Source: Fibrobacteria bacterium (lineage in GTDB: Bacteria > Fibrobacterota > Fibrobacteria > UBA11236). From it: a DNA stretch of 64,000 nt. The notes beneath the pieces were generated by a model. The model was not told the origin of the DNA. It ran no database searches and was given only the letters and a program-made list of their open reading frames with translations. The position numbers and the translations under genes are program-made. Location of the stretch: assembly GCA_043745805.1 (NCBI GenBank), contig JAYTSD010000014.1, forward strand, positions 32,001 through 96,000, read 5' to 3'. Every line of letters starts with the position of its first letter. Within the stretch, counting starts at the first letter, position 1. Shown here in pieces: positions 19,901 through 29,201 of the stretch.

Positions 19901-20405
19901 AACATTGGGCGAAATATTTATTGATATGTATAAAGAAGGAGCAGCCTATCGTGGAATATTAAATTGCTTTGCGGTACTGACATCCAAAGCTTTGCAATAT
20001 GGCGTGCCTTTAGAAGAATTAGTCGAAACCTTTACCTTCACTCGCTTCGAACCCGCAGGGCCAGTTGAGGGACATGATAATATTAAGAATTGCACTTCTT
20101 TACTGGATTTGATATTCCGCGTATTAGGTTTGAATTACTTAGGCAAAACCGATTTCGTGCATATTAAACCTACGATAACCGCACCAACTCCCACATCGCC
20201 AACTTCTCCTGTGACATCTATTCCTTCATCCCAATATTCGTCCGTTCCGTCGGGAGGCTCTGGAGCCTTAGCATTAGGGGCTGCACAAGCCAAAAGCGCA
20301 GGCTATACGGGTGAAAGCTGCTCCTCATGCGGTTCTATAAGAGTGAAACGCAATGGAACCTGTATAGTTTGTGAAGACTGCGGCACAACCAGTGGCTGTT
20401 CTTAA
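16989..20405 (+). CDS. nrdJ: class II (adenosylcobalamin-dependent) ribonucleotide reductase
   Basis: PNSPQWFN, HACFI, GSGTGTN, SNPCSEY, APTGTIG, GAISKTVNLP, TSCPD-like domain and terminal CSSC...CEDCGTTSGCS. Confidence 0.96.
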   Translation: MKFTRAFTQAGISPYSLFQYEIRKSGQRNNSDSAKNVGTEVPIGWSQTASDILSQKYLRRKEVPQLDATGKPLLDEKGKTVLGGETSVRQAVDRLAGCWRHWGEQLGYFDTPEDGSAFYDDIAYMLLDQSCAPNSPQWFNTGLHWKYGITGNAQGHYYVDPKDEALKTSPDAFSRPQPHACFIQSVDDELLGENGIYSLMQREGRIFKYGSGTGTNFSAIRSSGENLQGGGSSSGLMSFLQVYDRAAGAIKSGGTTRRAAKMVCLDLDHPEIEEFIRWKSREESKVAALVAGSHALHEVIQSIFKLGDPNKHEEKEKNQLLDILRKGLANNIPEGLMRKALELAAQGITNYDTEILDIHFEGAAYTTVSGQNSNNSVRVPHRFMLALQEDNDWNLINRTDGKVQKKLKARYLWDTIAEAAWDCADPGVQFEDTINEWNTCPNDGRIRASNPCSEYMFLDDTACNLASFNLVKFQDENGNLKIKEFEHAVRLWTTVLEISVAMAQFPSPAIAQKSYDYRTLGLGYANLGSFLMRAGIAYESDKAQAITAGITAILCGISYATSAEMASQLGAFNRYAANREAMLKVMRNHRRAAYSEEFHAYENLTVAPKGIDKQLCPKDLLLAARQAWDKALDLGTQYGYRNAQVTVLAPTGTIGLLMDCDTTGIEPDYALVKFKKLVGGGYFKIVNRSVPMALKQLGYPDDKIRQIKNYCLGSGKLENAPVINSKALRQKGFNEDKIRAIENHLPHCLTLPDAFQAYTLGAEFLTSLGLSLQTQEAGGEAILHSLGFTSEEIEAADIAVCGAQTLEGAPYLKLEHYAVFDCANPVGAGRGSRCISALGHLQMMASAQAFLSGAISKTVNLPREATIMEIQNIYTSAWKMMIKAVALYRDACKLSQPLNSKMPETDLISQAKKSLPSPAREFSLAMSPEDLTRQIQTLSRRRLPTKRGGFVQEVTVSGHKLFLRTGEYPDGTLGEIFIDMYKEGAAYRGILNCFAVLTSKALQYGVPLEELVETFTFTRFEPAGPVEGHDNIKNCTSLLDLIFRVLGLNYLGKTDFVHIKPTITAPTPTSPTSPVTSIPSSQYSSVPSGGSGALALGAAQAKSAGYTGESCSSCGSIRVKRNGTCIVCEDCGTTSGCS

Positions 20406-20436
20406 AAATTAAAATTTAGTAGCATAGGAAATTAAT

Positions 20437-20904
20437 ATGTTTATCACTCATTTACATTTGCTTTTAAATCATGTTCCGGTAATCAGTTTGTTTTTTGCTC
20501 TAGCATTTTTTGTTTTTGGAAAGTTATTGCAAAATAAATCTTGGCTTGCCTTAGGCTCGGGATTTATTTTATTCGCAGGCTTTTCCATTATTTTGGTATT
20601 TCTCACTGGACATGGCGCGGAAGATTTTATTGAAAAATCCACATTCTTTAATCACTCCCACTTTGAAACACATGAAGAAGCGGGCAACTTAGCCTTTATC
20701 GCCACTTTAATCGCAGCTGCTACGGTTTTATTACAATTGGTGCTTAATTTTTTCGATAGAAAACCAAGAACCCTGCCTTTAATTATATTTCTTCTTGCTC
20801 TTCTGTCTTTTGGACTCAATGCAAGAGCGGGTTATTATGGAGGGAAAATTCGTCATAATGAACTATTTCCACAAGACAGTTTACTTCCTACTAGTTTAGA
20901 GTAA
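20437..20904 (+). CDS. 4-TM membrane protein (DUF2231-like, His-rich)
   Basis: HLHLLLNHVP, TG..AE, HEEAG and GGKIRHNE motifs. Confidence 0.65.
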   Translation: MFITHLHLLLNHVPVISLFFALAFFVFGKLLQNKSWLALGSGFILFAGFSIILVFLTGHGAEDFIEKSTFFNHSHFETHEEAGNLAFIATLIAAATVLLQLVLNFFDRKPRTLPLIIFLLALLSFGLNARAGYYGGKIRHNELFPQDSLLPTSLE

Positions 20905-20925
20905 AATTAACACCATAAGAAATAT

Positions 20926-21837
20926 TTGAAATTCACAATTCCTAATTCTTCTTGCATCAAATTCCATAGCCTACTAATCCTATGCACTTTAATTCTAAGC
21001 TCATCATTTTTAGTGCATTGTTCTCAAGAAATACACCGACTTGGCACTGATACAAATACATCTAGGATTTCTCCCGCCGAAGAAACTCCCGAAAAAAAAA
21101 TTGCCGATAGTTTGTGGCTTTTAAGAATCGATCCTTTGCAGGCCAAAAAAGCTTTATTCGCCTATGTAAAAGCCAATAAAAAACAAAAACATCAGCCTTT
21201 ATTATTAGCGCGTTTATCTCATGCTTATTATTTCGTTGCGAATTATATAGAAACCAATCCTCAAAAAAAAGACGCGCTGTTTCGTTCCGGCTGGGAAGCT
21301 GCACAAAAAGCTTTAGAAAAAAGCCCTGGCTACCGTAGGATTTTTAAAATAAGTCAAGACGAATTGGAAGCGGGACTGGGCGTAGAAAAAGAATATATAG
21401 ATGCCATTTTTTGGTTCACCGCCAATTTAGGAAAGAGTATTGTGAATAAACCAATTAGTGTTCGTCGCGGTAATCAGGAAATGCTTGAAGCCTATAATAA
21501 AAAAATATTATCCTTTGATGAAAACTTTTTTTATGCTGCGCCCCATCGTTTCTTAGGTGTTTTCAATATTAAAGCCTATGGTGGTGATTTACTTACTGCC
21601 AAAAATCAATTCGAAATCGCTGTAAAAATTGCTCCTCATTATTTGGGAAATAGAACTCTATATGCTGAGTACTATGCTGTAAAAGCAAATGATAAGGATT
21701 TATTTTTGAAACAACTCAATTTGGTCATCAATACACCTATTGATTCCAGTTTGGAAATAGCGCCCGAAAATCATTATGAACTTTTGCTGGCTAAAGCATT
21801 ATTACAAAACACGGATCGTTTATTTGAGAAACCGTAG
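20926..21837 (+). CDS. TatT-like TPR lipoprotein (TRAP transporter T component family)
   Basis: Lipobox-like LVHC, DENFFYAAPHRFLG, YAEYYAV...D..LF...L, PEN...A..LL...LF. Confidence 0.7.
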   Translation: MKFTIPNSSCIKFHSLLILCTLILSSSFLVHCSQEIHRLGTDTNTSRISPAEETPEKKIADSLWLLRIDPLQAKKALFAYVKANKKQKHQPLLLARLSHAYYFVANYIETNPQKKDALFRSGWEAAQKALEKSPGYRRIFKISQDELEAGLGVEKEYIDAIFWFTANLGKSIVNKPISVRRGNQEMLEAYNKKILSFDENFFYAAPHRFLGVFNIKAYGGDLLTAKNQFEIAVKIAPHYLGNRTLYAEYYAVKANDKDLFLKQLNLVINTPIDSSLEIAPENHYELLLAKALLQNTDRLFEKP

Positions 21838-21853
21838 TACCGATGCGCTGAGT

Positions 21854-22762
21854 TTATTTTGCTTTTACTTCAGTGGTTGCCGCTGATTTGCGTGCCTTAA
21901 ACTCTACCCATGATTTTACCACTAAAGTTAAGAGCGCTAAAAAGCATAATAGTGAAGCGACGCTGAAAGCTTCTGCGAAATTATATTCATTGTAAAGAAT
22001 TTCTACTTGTAAAGGCATGGTATTGGTAAATCCACGAATATGTCCGGATACCACAGATACAGCTCCAAACTCACCCATGGCTCTCGCATTAGTGAGAATC
22101 ACTCCATATAACAACCCCCATTTTATATTGGGTAAGGTCACTCGATAAAATGTTTGCCAACCACCCGCGCCCAAAACTCTTGCAGCCTCCTCTTCTTGTG
22201 TACCCTGCTCTTGCATAAGTGGAATTAATTCCCGTGCTATCATGGGGAAGGTCACAAATACGGTAGCGAGCACAATACCTGGTAGTGCAAAAATAATTTT
22301 TATATCATGTTCCTGAAGCAACGATCCAAACCAACCTTGTTTTCCAAATAGCAATACATAAATGAGTCCAGCGACCACAGGCGAAACCGCAAAGGGCAAA
22401 TCAATTAAACTGATTAAAAAACTTTTTCCTTTAAATTGAAATTTTGTGATTGCCCATGCCGCCGAAACACCGAATACCAAATTTAAGGGCACAGCAATGG
22501 CTGCTGCTTTTAAAGTCAAGGCAATGGAAGCAAGTGTGTCTTCATTCGTAAAAGTATGGAAATAAGCAGCAAACCCTTTTTCAAAAGCGCCTGCAAATAC
22601 CGCCGCTAAGGGTACAAAAAGCAATACGATTAAATACACAACCCCTATAGTAATTAATATCCATCGCACCCAACGCGTCTCAGAAGTAGTCGCTTTAATT
22701 GTTGTTATTTTTAGTCCAGTGTTCAGTTCCGCAGAGGTAACAGGGTTGCTAACGGTATTCAT
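21854..22762 (-). CDS. cysW: sulfate ABC transporter permease
   Basis: [50 protein letters not shown]. Confidence 0.96.
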   Translation of the reverse strand: MNTVSNPVTSAELNTGLKITTIKATTSETRWVRWILITIGVVYLIVLLFVPLAAVFAGAFEKGFAAYFHTFTNEDTLASIALTLKAAAIAVPLNLVFGVSAAWAITKFQFKGKSFLISLIDLPFAVSPVVAGLIYVLLFGKQGWFGSLLQEHDIKIIFALPGIVLATVFVTFPMIARELIPLMQEQGTQEEEAARVLGAGGWQTFYRVTLPNIKWGLLYGVILTNARAMGEFGAVSVVSGHIRGFTNTMPLQVEILYNEYNFAEAFSVASLLCFLALLTLVVKSWVEFKARKSAATTEVKAK

Positions 22763-22819
22763 TTATTTTTCACTCCTATTTTTATCTCGAAGCAATCGGA
22801 TTATTCATCCTTGCATTTT

Positions 22820-23680
22820 CTAGCGTATGGATTTAGCTGCACCAGACCATCTTTGTAATAGATTGATGCCGAATAAAAGCGAAAATGAAATCACCAATAA
22901 AAGCGTGGCAATGGTGGTCGCACCCACATAATCATATTGTTCCAGCTTACTCACAATGACCAAGGGAGCGATTTCAGTTTTAAATGGCATATTACCAGAA
23001 ATAAAAATCACTGAGCCATATTCCCCTAACCCACGCGCAAAAGCCAATGAGGCACCGGTTAATAAAGATGGAACAAGTGATGGCAATATTACTTTAATAA
23101 AAATTTGTCCTCGATTGGCGCCTAAACTAGCCGCAGCCTCTTCTACATCTTTTTCCAACTCTTCCAAAACAGGTTGAATAGTACGCACGACAAATGGCAA
23201 GCCAATAAAAAGCAAAGCCACAAAAATACCCAAGGGCGTATAAGCTACTTTAATTCCTAAAGACTCTAAATAATGTCCTATCCATCCATTGCTGGAATAG
23301 ACGGCAGTCAAAGCAATGCCTGCTACTGCTGTAGGTAAAGCAAATGGCAAATCCACCATGGAATCAAATATTTTTTTTCCAGGAAATTCATAACGAACCA
23401 AAATCCACGCCACGAGTAAACCAAATCCCGCATTTACTAATGCTGCCGCAATAGAAGCACCAAAGCTTAAGCGAAAAGCTGCCAATACCTGTCTATCGGT
23501 AACTATTTCCAAAAATTGCTCCCAAGTAAGATGGGAGGCTTTTACAAAAATAGCAGACAGAGGAATTAATACTATTAGACTCAAATAAAAAAGCGAATAA
23601 CCCAAAGTCAAACGAAATCCTGGAAGCACCCTTGGATGCTTCCGTGACTTATAGGTTACGGTAAGTCCTAAGGAAAACAT
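22820..23680 (-). CDS. cysT: sulfate ABC transporter permease (start uncertain)
   Basis: [44 protein letters not shown]. Confidence 0.96.
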   Translation of the reverse strand: MFSLGLTVTYKSRKHPRVLPGFRLTLGYSLFYLSLIVLIPLSAIFVKASHLTWEQFLEIVTDRQVLAAFRLSFGASIAAALVNAGFGLLVAWILVRYEFPGKKIFDSMVDLPFALPTAVAGIALTAVYSSNGWIGHYLESLGIKVAYTPLGIFVALLFIGLPFVVRTIQPVLEELEKDVEEAAASLGANRGQIFIKVILPSLVPSLLTGASLAFARGLGEYGSVIFISGNMPFKTEIAPLVIVSKLEQYDYVGATTIATLLLVISFSLLFGINLLQRWSGAAKSIR

Positions 23681-24693
23681 TATTTGCCTTCCTTAAAAAT
23701 TTGATCGAATACTCCGCCGTCAGCAAAATGTATCTTTTGCGCTTTTTGCCATCCGCCAAATACTTCGTCAATTGTAAAAGTTTTAACGGCAGGGTATTGC
23801 GCTGCATATTTAGCGGATGCTGTTGCAGATCGAGGGCGATAATAATTACGCGCCACAATATCTTGCCCTTCCTCGGAATACAAATACTCCAAATAAGCTT
23901 TAGCCACTTTTAAATTTCCATGTTTGGAGGCAACGCGCTCTACAACAGCCACAGGAGGTTCGGCTAAAATGGTCTCAGAAGGGACAACTAATTCGACTTT
24001 GTCCTTGCCTAATTCTTTTAAAGCCAATAAAGCTTCATTCTCCCAAGAAATAGCCACATCACCAATACCACGTTGCACAAAAGTAGTCGTAGACCCGCGG
24101 GCACCTGCGTCTAATACCGGCACATTATGAAAAAGTTTAGCGACAAAATTTTTGGCTTTAGTAGAGTCCCCATATTTTCTTTGCGCAAATCCCCAGGCTG
24201 CTAAATAATTCCAACGTGCGCCACCTGATGTTTTGGGATTGGGAGTGATAATTGAAATACCGGGTTTAATTAAATCATCCCAATTTTTAATGCCTTTGGG
24301 ATTTCCCTTGCGCACCAAAAACACAATAGCAGAAGTATACGGTGTACTATTATTAGGAAATATTTTTTGCCAAGCCTTGGGAAGTAATTGTGATTTCTCC
24401 GCAATAGCATCAATATCATATGCTAATGCTAAGGTAACAATATCCGCATCCAGTCCATCGATCACTGCGCGCGCTTGTTTTCCCGATCCACCATGACTTT
24501 GAGAAATAGAAACATCGTCTCCGGTTTTTGCTTTCCAATATTTGGTGAAAACTTTATTGTAATCTTCATAAAGTTCTCGCGTAGGATCATAAGAGACATT
24601 AAGCAACTTTATATTTCCGGCGGAAATAAATACTGCACTTAAAAGCAAGCTTGAAATAATTTTTTGCAAAGATTTAAATAAAAGTGAGAACAT
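23680..24693 (-). CDS. sbp: sulfate-binding periplasmic protein
   Basis: [52 protein letters not shown]. Confidence 0.97.
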   Translation of the reverse strand: MFSLLFKSLQKIISSLLLSAVFISAGNIKLLNVSYDPTRELYEDYNKVFTKYWKAKTGDDVSISQSHGGSGKQARAVIDGLDADIVTLALAYDIDAIAEKSQLLPKAWQKIFPNNSTPYTSAIVFLVRKGNPKGIKNWDDLIKPGISIITPNPKTSGGARWNYLAAWGFAQRKYGDSTKAKNFVAKLFHNVPVLDAGARGSTTTFVQRGIGDVAISWENEALLALKELGKDKVELVVPSETILAEPPVAVVERVASKHGNLKVAKAYLEYLYSEEGQDIVARNYYRPRSATASAKYAAQYPAVKTFTIDEVFGGWQKAQKIHFADGGVFDQIFKEGK

Positions 24694-24750
24694 GTTTTTT
24701 CCTTTTTTAATGATTCATATTATTTGTGATTTTTTTGTGCTGAATTATTT

Positions 24751-24945
24751 TTATTTCTTTTCTTTTTCCAAACGGAATTTTTCGTTACGTTCGATTTGTA
24801 CGATTTTTCCATTTTGAAGAAAGATCTCAACTGAACCAAATTGCAGATTTTGTAAAGCTTCAAATATTGGAATCAGCTCTTTGGATTGCCAATGCTTAGG
24901 AATCACTGGATTGATTAAAGATGCATTTATATTATTATTTTCCAT
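24751..24945 (-). CDS. YezD / DUF2292 (OscA-like) small protein
   Basis: LQFGSVEIFLQNGKIVQIERNEKFRL signature; lies upstream of sbp, the usual context for the family. Confidence 0.85.
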   Translation of the reverse strand: MENNNINASLINPVIPKHWQSKELIPIFEALQNLQFGSVEIFLQNGKIVQIERNEKFRLEKEKK

Positions 24946-24946
24946 G

Positions 24947-24971
24947 TATACCTATAGATTTTATATGTTTA
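24947..24971. promoter_or_regulatory. 25-bp quasi-palindromic operator, copy 1
   Basis: TATACCTAT-AGATTTT-ATATGTTTA; 21/25 identical to the reverse complement of copy 2. Confidence 0.55.
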
Positions 24972-25060
24972 AATAGCTTAGTTTCATTTTTTTGCCATTT
25001 TATCAGTGCAAAATTTTGTTTTTAACAAAACCCTTTACATTTTATCTTTTGTTTAATAAT

Positions 25061-25085
25061 TATACATATTAATTCTATATGTATA
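25061..25085. promoter_or_regulatory. 25-bp palindromic operator, copy 2
   Basis: TATACATAT-TAATTCT-ATATGTATA, perfect 9-bp arms. Confidence 0.55.
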
Positions 25086-25256
25086 ATATAGTATAAAAAA
25101 TGATTTTGGCAAAGATTTTTTTCTAGTAAAGCAGAAAAAGCCTTCCGATCTCAATAACCCGACCGGATCCCCCGGAGGACTGTCAATTCCGGCAAAAACA
25201 AAATTTGCAAAGAAGCAATCGGAACACCGCAAGCAAAGGCATAATAGGGAGTCTCA

Positions 25257-26744
25257 ATGAAGACCTTTGATTTAAATTCAATACATAATTCAATAATTCG
25301 AAAATCCGTGATTGTCGCGGTTTTTTTTACCAGTACCTTAACATCATTTGCGCAAGATTCGACGAAAATAGAAATGCCGCGTTTGGATGATATGGAGCAA
25401 CGCCTTCGCATTATCGAACGCAAAGCGGAACTCGATCAAGATGCCCAAGAAGCAAAAGCGAAAGAGATTCCTATTGTCGGTGCCAATGGCGATGGATTTT
25501 CCATAACATCCCTCGATAAAAAATTTGTCCTGAAATGGAGAACCGGTATTCAAATCGATGGCCGTAGTTATTTAGGAGATGAAGAAAAAACTATTTCCCC
25601 TAATTTGGTACCCAACGATAATTTCATCTTAAGAAGATTAAGAACGAGCTTGGACGCTACGGTATATAAATATTATTCCTTTCGCTTTAATCCGGATTTT
25701 GGATCGGGAACAACGGCCATTATCGATGCTTATGTGGATGTTACCTACGTTCCTTGGTTGAAATTCCGCGCAGGTAAATTCATCCCTCCATTCGGACTGG
25801 AAAGGCAACAATCCTATGTAGATGTGCCATTAGTCGAACAAGCCTATACCACCCAACTCACCCCAAATCGTGATGTCGGCGCGCAAGTTTTCGGAGACTT
25901 TTCTGATGGAGCGTATAGCTATCAAATAGCCGTATATAATGGTGCCGCCGATAATGTGAATGGCGATAACGATAATAACTCTGAAAAAGATATAGCCGCG
26001 CGTATTTTCGCTTTACCGTTTAAAAATGGAGAATCCGATTGGGCACGTAATTTAGGTTTAGGTTTTGCTGTAACTGCAGGTGATCATATTGGAGATACGG
26101 CAAGTGCTACAAATTTATCTGCGGTGAAAACTCCAGGTCAACAAAGTTTATTTGCTTATGCTGCTAAAACCCGTGCTTTCGGAAAAGAAACTCACCTGTC
26201 ACCTCAAGGTTACTGGTATGCTGGCTCTTTTGGAATACTAGGCGAATATGTTTGGACTAGCCAAGAAGTTAAACGGGTTACCGATCCTATAGTCACTTTT
26301 GAACATAATGCTTGGCAAACTACTGTAAGTTACGTAGTGACCGGAGAAACTCCTGGGTATAAAAGCTTAAAGCCTCGTCATGACTTTTTGGATAATGGTG
26401 GAATTGGGGCAATTGAATTAGTGGCGAATATCAGTCAAATCAAATTCGACAATAAGGCTTTTGAAAAAACCACCGCCGTAGCCGCTATCGCTGCCGTACC
26501 GGCCACTCCGACTACTCCTGCAAAAGCAGCGGTAGCCGCAAAATCAGCCGCCGCTATTTATGCAGATGATACGAAATCCGCCACTGAAGCACTCACTTTT
26601 GGAGCAGGCATTAGCTGGTATTTAAATCGTAATTTAAAACTCGCTTCCAATTATTATCGTACCCAATTCAAAAAAGGTTCCGCTGGAAGTACTGATCGCA
26701 AAGAAGAAAATTTTTGGGCTGGTCGCGTACAATTTATTTTTTAA
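25257..26744 (+). CDS. OprO/OprP-family anion-selective porin
   Basis: Signal peptide, coiled N-terminus, QIDGR, RRLR, DAYV, GKF.PPFGLE, NRDVG, C-terminal Phe. Divergent from the sulfate operon. Confidence 0.88.
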   Translation: MKTFDLNSIHNSIIRKSVIVAVFFTSTLTSFAQDSTKIEMPRLDDMEQRLRIIERKAELDQDAQEAKAKEIPIVGANGDGFSITSLDKKFVLKWRTGIQIDGRSYLGDEEKTISPNLVPNDNFILRRLRTSLDATVYKYYSFRFNPDFGSGTTAIIDAYVDVTYVPWLKFRAGKFIPPFGLERQQSYVDVPLVEQAYTTQLTPNRDVGAQVFGDFSDGAYSYQIAVYNGAADNVNGDNDNNSEKDIAARIFALPFKNGESDWARNLGLGFAVTAGDHIGDTASATNLSAVKTPGQQSLFAYAAKTRAFGKETHLSPQGYWYAGSFGILGEYVWTSQEVKRVTDPIVTFEHNAWQTTVSYVVTGETPGYKSLKPRHDFLDNGGIGAIELVANISQIKFDNKAFEKTTAVAAIAAVPATPTTPAKAAVAAKSAAAIYADDTKSATEALTFGAGISWYLNRNLKLASNYYRTQFKKGSAGSTDRKEENFWAGRVQFIF

Positions 26745-26846
26745 TGACTTTTTTGTCCGCTTTTATAAAGAAGCGGACTACCGATAGATCCAAGAAAGCG
26801 TACTTGAATCAAAATGTATTTCTTAGAAAGAAGTTTTTAAGATTAC

Positions 26847-27308
26847 TTAAATATCAAACATCAAATTACGTTTGGGATCAGTGGCGCATGCGACCTCATT
26901 TTCTAATAACGAAGCCAAACTCGTTCCATCCAAAATTTTGGCCGTCGCATCGCGCACCTCTTTCATCACCCATCGGATGGAACAAGCATCTTCTTCTTGG
27001 CAATCTTGACAACGTTGATAGGCGGTAATACTTGCACAGGGAATCATCGCTAAAGGCCCGTGAAATGCTCGAACGATAGACCCAACAAAAATATTTTGCG
27101 GATCATCATTCAAAAAATAACCGCCATTTTTTCCAGCACGGCTGCGCAAAATTTCACGATTTTTTAGTTCTAATAAAATTTGTTCTAAAAATTTTTTAGG
27201 AATTTTTTCTTTTTTCGCAATATCACCCGTGAGCAAAGCTTTGCCTTTTTCCTCACGTGCCATATAAAGCAAGGCTTTAATGGCATATTTAGCTTTCATC
27301 GATAACAT
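26847..27308 (-). CDS. Rrf2-family transcriptional regulator
   Basis: KAKYAIKAL, IPKKFLEQILLEL, S.AGKNGGYFL, CAS...CQDC....C, VRDA...ILD. Confidence 0.93.
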   Translation of the reverse strand: MLSMKAKYAIKALLYMAREEKGKALLTGDIAKKEKIPKKFLEQILLELKNREILRSRAGKNGGYFLNDDPQNIFVGSIVRAFHGPLAMIPCASITAYQRCQDCQEEDACSIRWVMKEVRDATAKILDGTSLASLLENEVACATDPKRNLMFDI

Positions 27309-27528
27309 ATTTCATCCGTTTTGTTTGCAAAGTAGCCGTTTATTAGTCAAAAAATGCGGTTTATTTCCTAATAAAGCATGAATTTTATATTTGCCCTCAA
27401 ATTCAAGTATTAGTTGACAGCGATATTTGAATTTTCACCTTATATTGCCAAAGTAAAAACATTTTCAAATAGCCCTTATTATTCATTTTGAATCCATGTG
27501 GGCAGTTGGAAATTTCTGGAGGAATCTA

Positions 27529-29157
27529 ATGAATACAAAAATTGGTTCAAAGATTAAAATATTAGCTTTTTTGCTAGCTGCTGCAACCACTCAGCAATCG
27601 GCATGGGCAGTATTTAAATATACTGGATGCGATGACTTAACCGATTCAGTATTTCAAAATGTAAACCTTGTCACGCAATCTAATAGTGGCATAAATGAGC
27701 CGATAAAAATGGCCTTAGATGCAGATGCTGCTGGCAATGTCGATATATACTGGGTGGAAAGACATGGTGGAGTGAAACGCTATAATGGAGCTGCAAAAAC
27801 GGTTGATTCCTTGGCTACAATTTTCGTTGCTGATGAGTTTGAATCTGGACTTACAGGTATAGCTCTTGATCCTAATTTTAAAAACAATCACTGGATTTAT
27901 CTTTATTATACATACGGCGGCGCTAGTGGAGCAAAAAAACCTGGGTCAACGGGTTATTGGTTTCGACTTTCTCGCTTTACTTTAGGAGCAAACAATAAGC
28001 TAAATACTTCATCGGAAATAGTGTTATTAAGCATTCCAGCCTATTATCGTGAAAGTCATACCGGTGGGGCCATGCGTTTTGATGAGAGTGGTAACCTATA
28101 TATTACTACGGGTGAAAATGGTGCGAGCGTTGAGGGCACCGCTAATACCAATGATTTACGTGGAAAAGTTTTGCGAATTAAACCGAAAGCAATTCCCGAA
28201 GGCACGGCATTGACCAGTTCGGGGCTGGGGGTTACCTATGATATCCCAACTGGAAACCTCTATCCTGAAGGGACAGCAAAAACACGTCCTGAAGTTTATG
28301 TAATGGGAGCTCGGAATCCTTACTCCATTAGCTTAGACCCCATCCGCAAAGCTGTGATGTGGGGGGATGTAGGTCCCGATGGTACCGGCGTGACTGAAGA
28401 ACATAATATCACTTCTGTTCCGGGTTATTTCGGTTATCCCTATTTTGCGGGAGTAAATAAAAATATTAGTGGAACACAAACCGCAGCAACGCCAATAGTA
28501 GATACCAATGTGAATTTAGGATTACCTAAACATACCGGTTTGCGCGAACTGAAACCCGCCATTCCAGCGGTAAATGCTTACAATCAAGCCGCAGCCATCA
28601 CGGGTCCATTATATCGCTATCATGGCCAATTAAAATCCACGATGAAAATGCCCCCTCATTTCGAGGGTATTTGGTTTGTTTCCGATTTTAGTGATTCATG
28701 GGTAGAAGCGTTAACCCTTGATGCTGCTGGCCTCAATGTTGTGGCAAGAGAAAAAGTTTTTACTAAACTGCATTTTTATAAACCTATTGATATTCAAACT
28801 GGCCCTGATGGAGCAATGTATTTTATCAATTATGGGGGATACTTTAGTGCAAATGCGAATACGTCCATCTCACGCGTGGAATACAAGGGCAAATGTTTAC
28901 CTGCTTTAGCAGAAGGCATTTCACAATCGACGAATTTGCAACATGAATTTATGCATATAAATGGTTTAAATGTTACCGTAACGGGTTCAGGCTCCCATCA
29001 GATAGTAGTGATGAATCTTCAAGGTCAAACCTTAAAAGAATTTAAAGGAAAAGGAGCTGCTAATTACAACTTAGCCACCCTTGCTAAAAGCGGCATTTAC
29101 TTTATAAAAATTATTTCGGAACATGGATCGTTCACCGAAAAAATATTTAAACCCTAA
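27529..29157 (+). CDS. secreted glucose/sorbosone (PQQ-dependent sugar) dehydrogenase-like beta-propeller, paralogue 1
   Basis: Signal peptide ending AWA, GIALDPNF, HTGGAMRF, NTNDLRGKVLRI, RPEVYVMGARNPY, GPDGA.Y, C-terminal NLQG...GIYFIKI tail. ATG 27529 follows GGAGGA; the ORF track starts at 27496. Confidence 0.85.
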   Translation: MNTKIGSKIKILAFLLAAATTQQSAWAVFKYTGCDDLTDSVFQNVNLVTQSNSGINEPIKMALDADAAGNVDIYWVERHGGVKRYNGAAKTVDSLATIFVADEFESGLTGIALDPNFKNNHWIYLYYTYGGASGAKKPGSTGYWFRLSRFTLGANNKLNTSSEIVLLSIPAYYRESHTGGAMRFDESGNLYITTGENGASVEGTANTNDLRGKVLRIKPKAIPEGTALTSSGLGVTYDIPTGNLYPEGTAKTRPEVYVMGARNPYSISLDPIRKAVMWGDVGPDGTGVTEEHNITSVPGYFGYPYFAGVNKNISGTQTAATPIVDTNVNLGLPKHTGLRELKPAIPAVNAYNQAAAITGPLYRYHGQLKSTMKMPPHFEGIWFVSDFSDSWVEALTLDAAGLNVVAREKVFTKLHFYKPIDIQTGPDGAMYFINYGGYFSANANTSISRVEYKGKCLPALAEGISQSTNLQHEFMHINGLNVTVTGSGSHQIVVMNLQGQTLKEFKGKGAANYNLATLAKSGIYFIKIISEHGSFTEKIFKP

Positions 29158-29201
29158 ACAGCTAAATCTTTACTTCACCCTCAATATCGAGTAACCTAAA
29201 C

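Noticed and set aside
16989-20405. Intein, intron or cobalamin riboswitch associated with nrdJ
   Set aside because: The ORF is continuous and of normal length with no splicing motifs, and only 34 nt lie upstream. The Pro/Ser/Thr stretch near the C-terminus is an ordinary linker.
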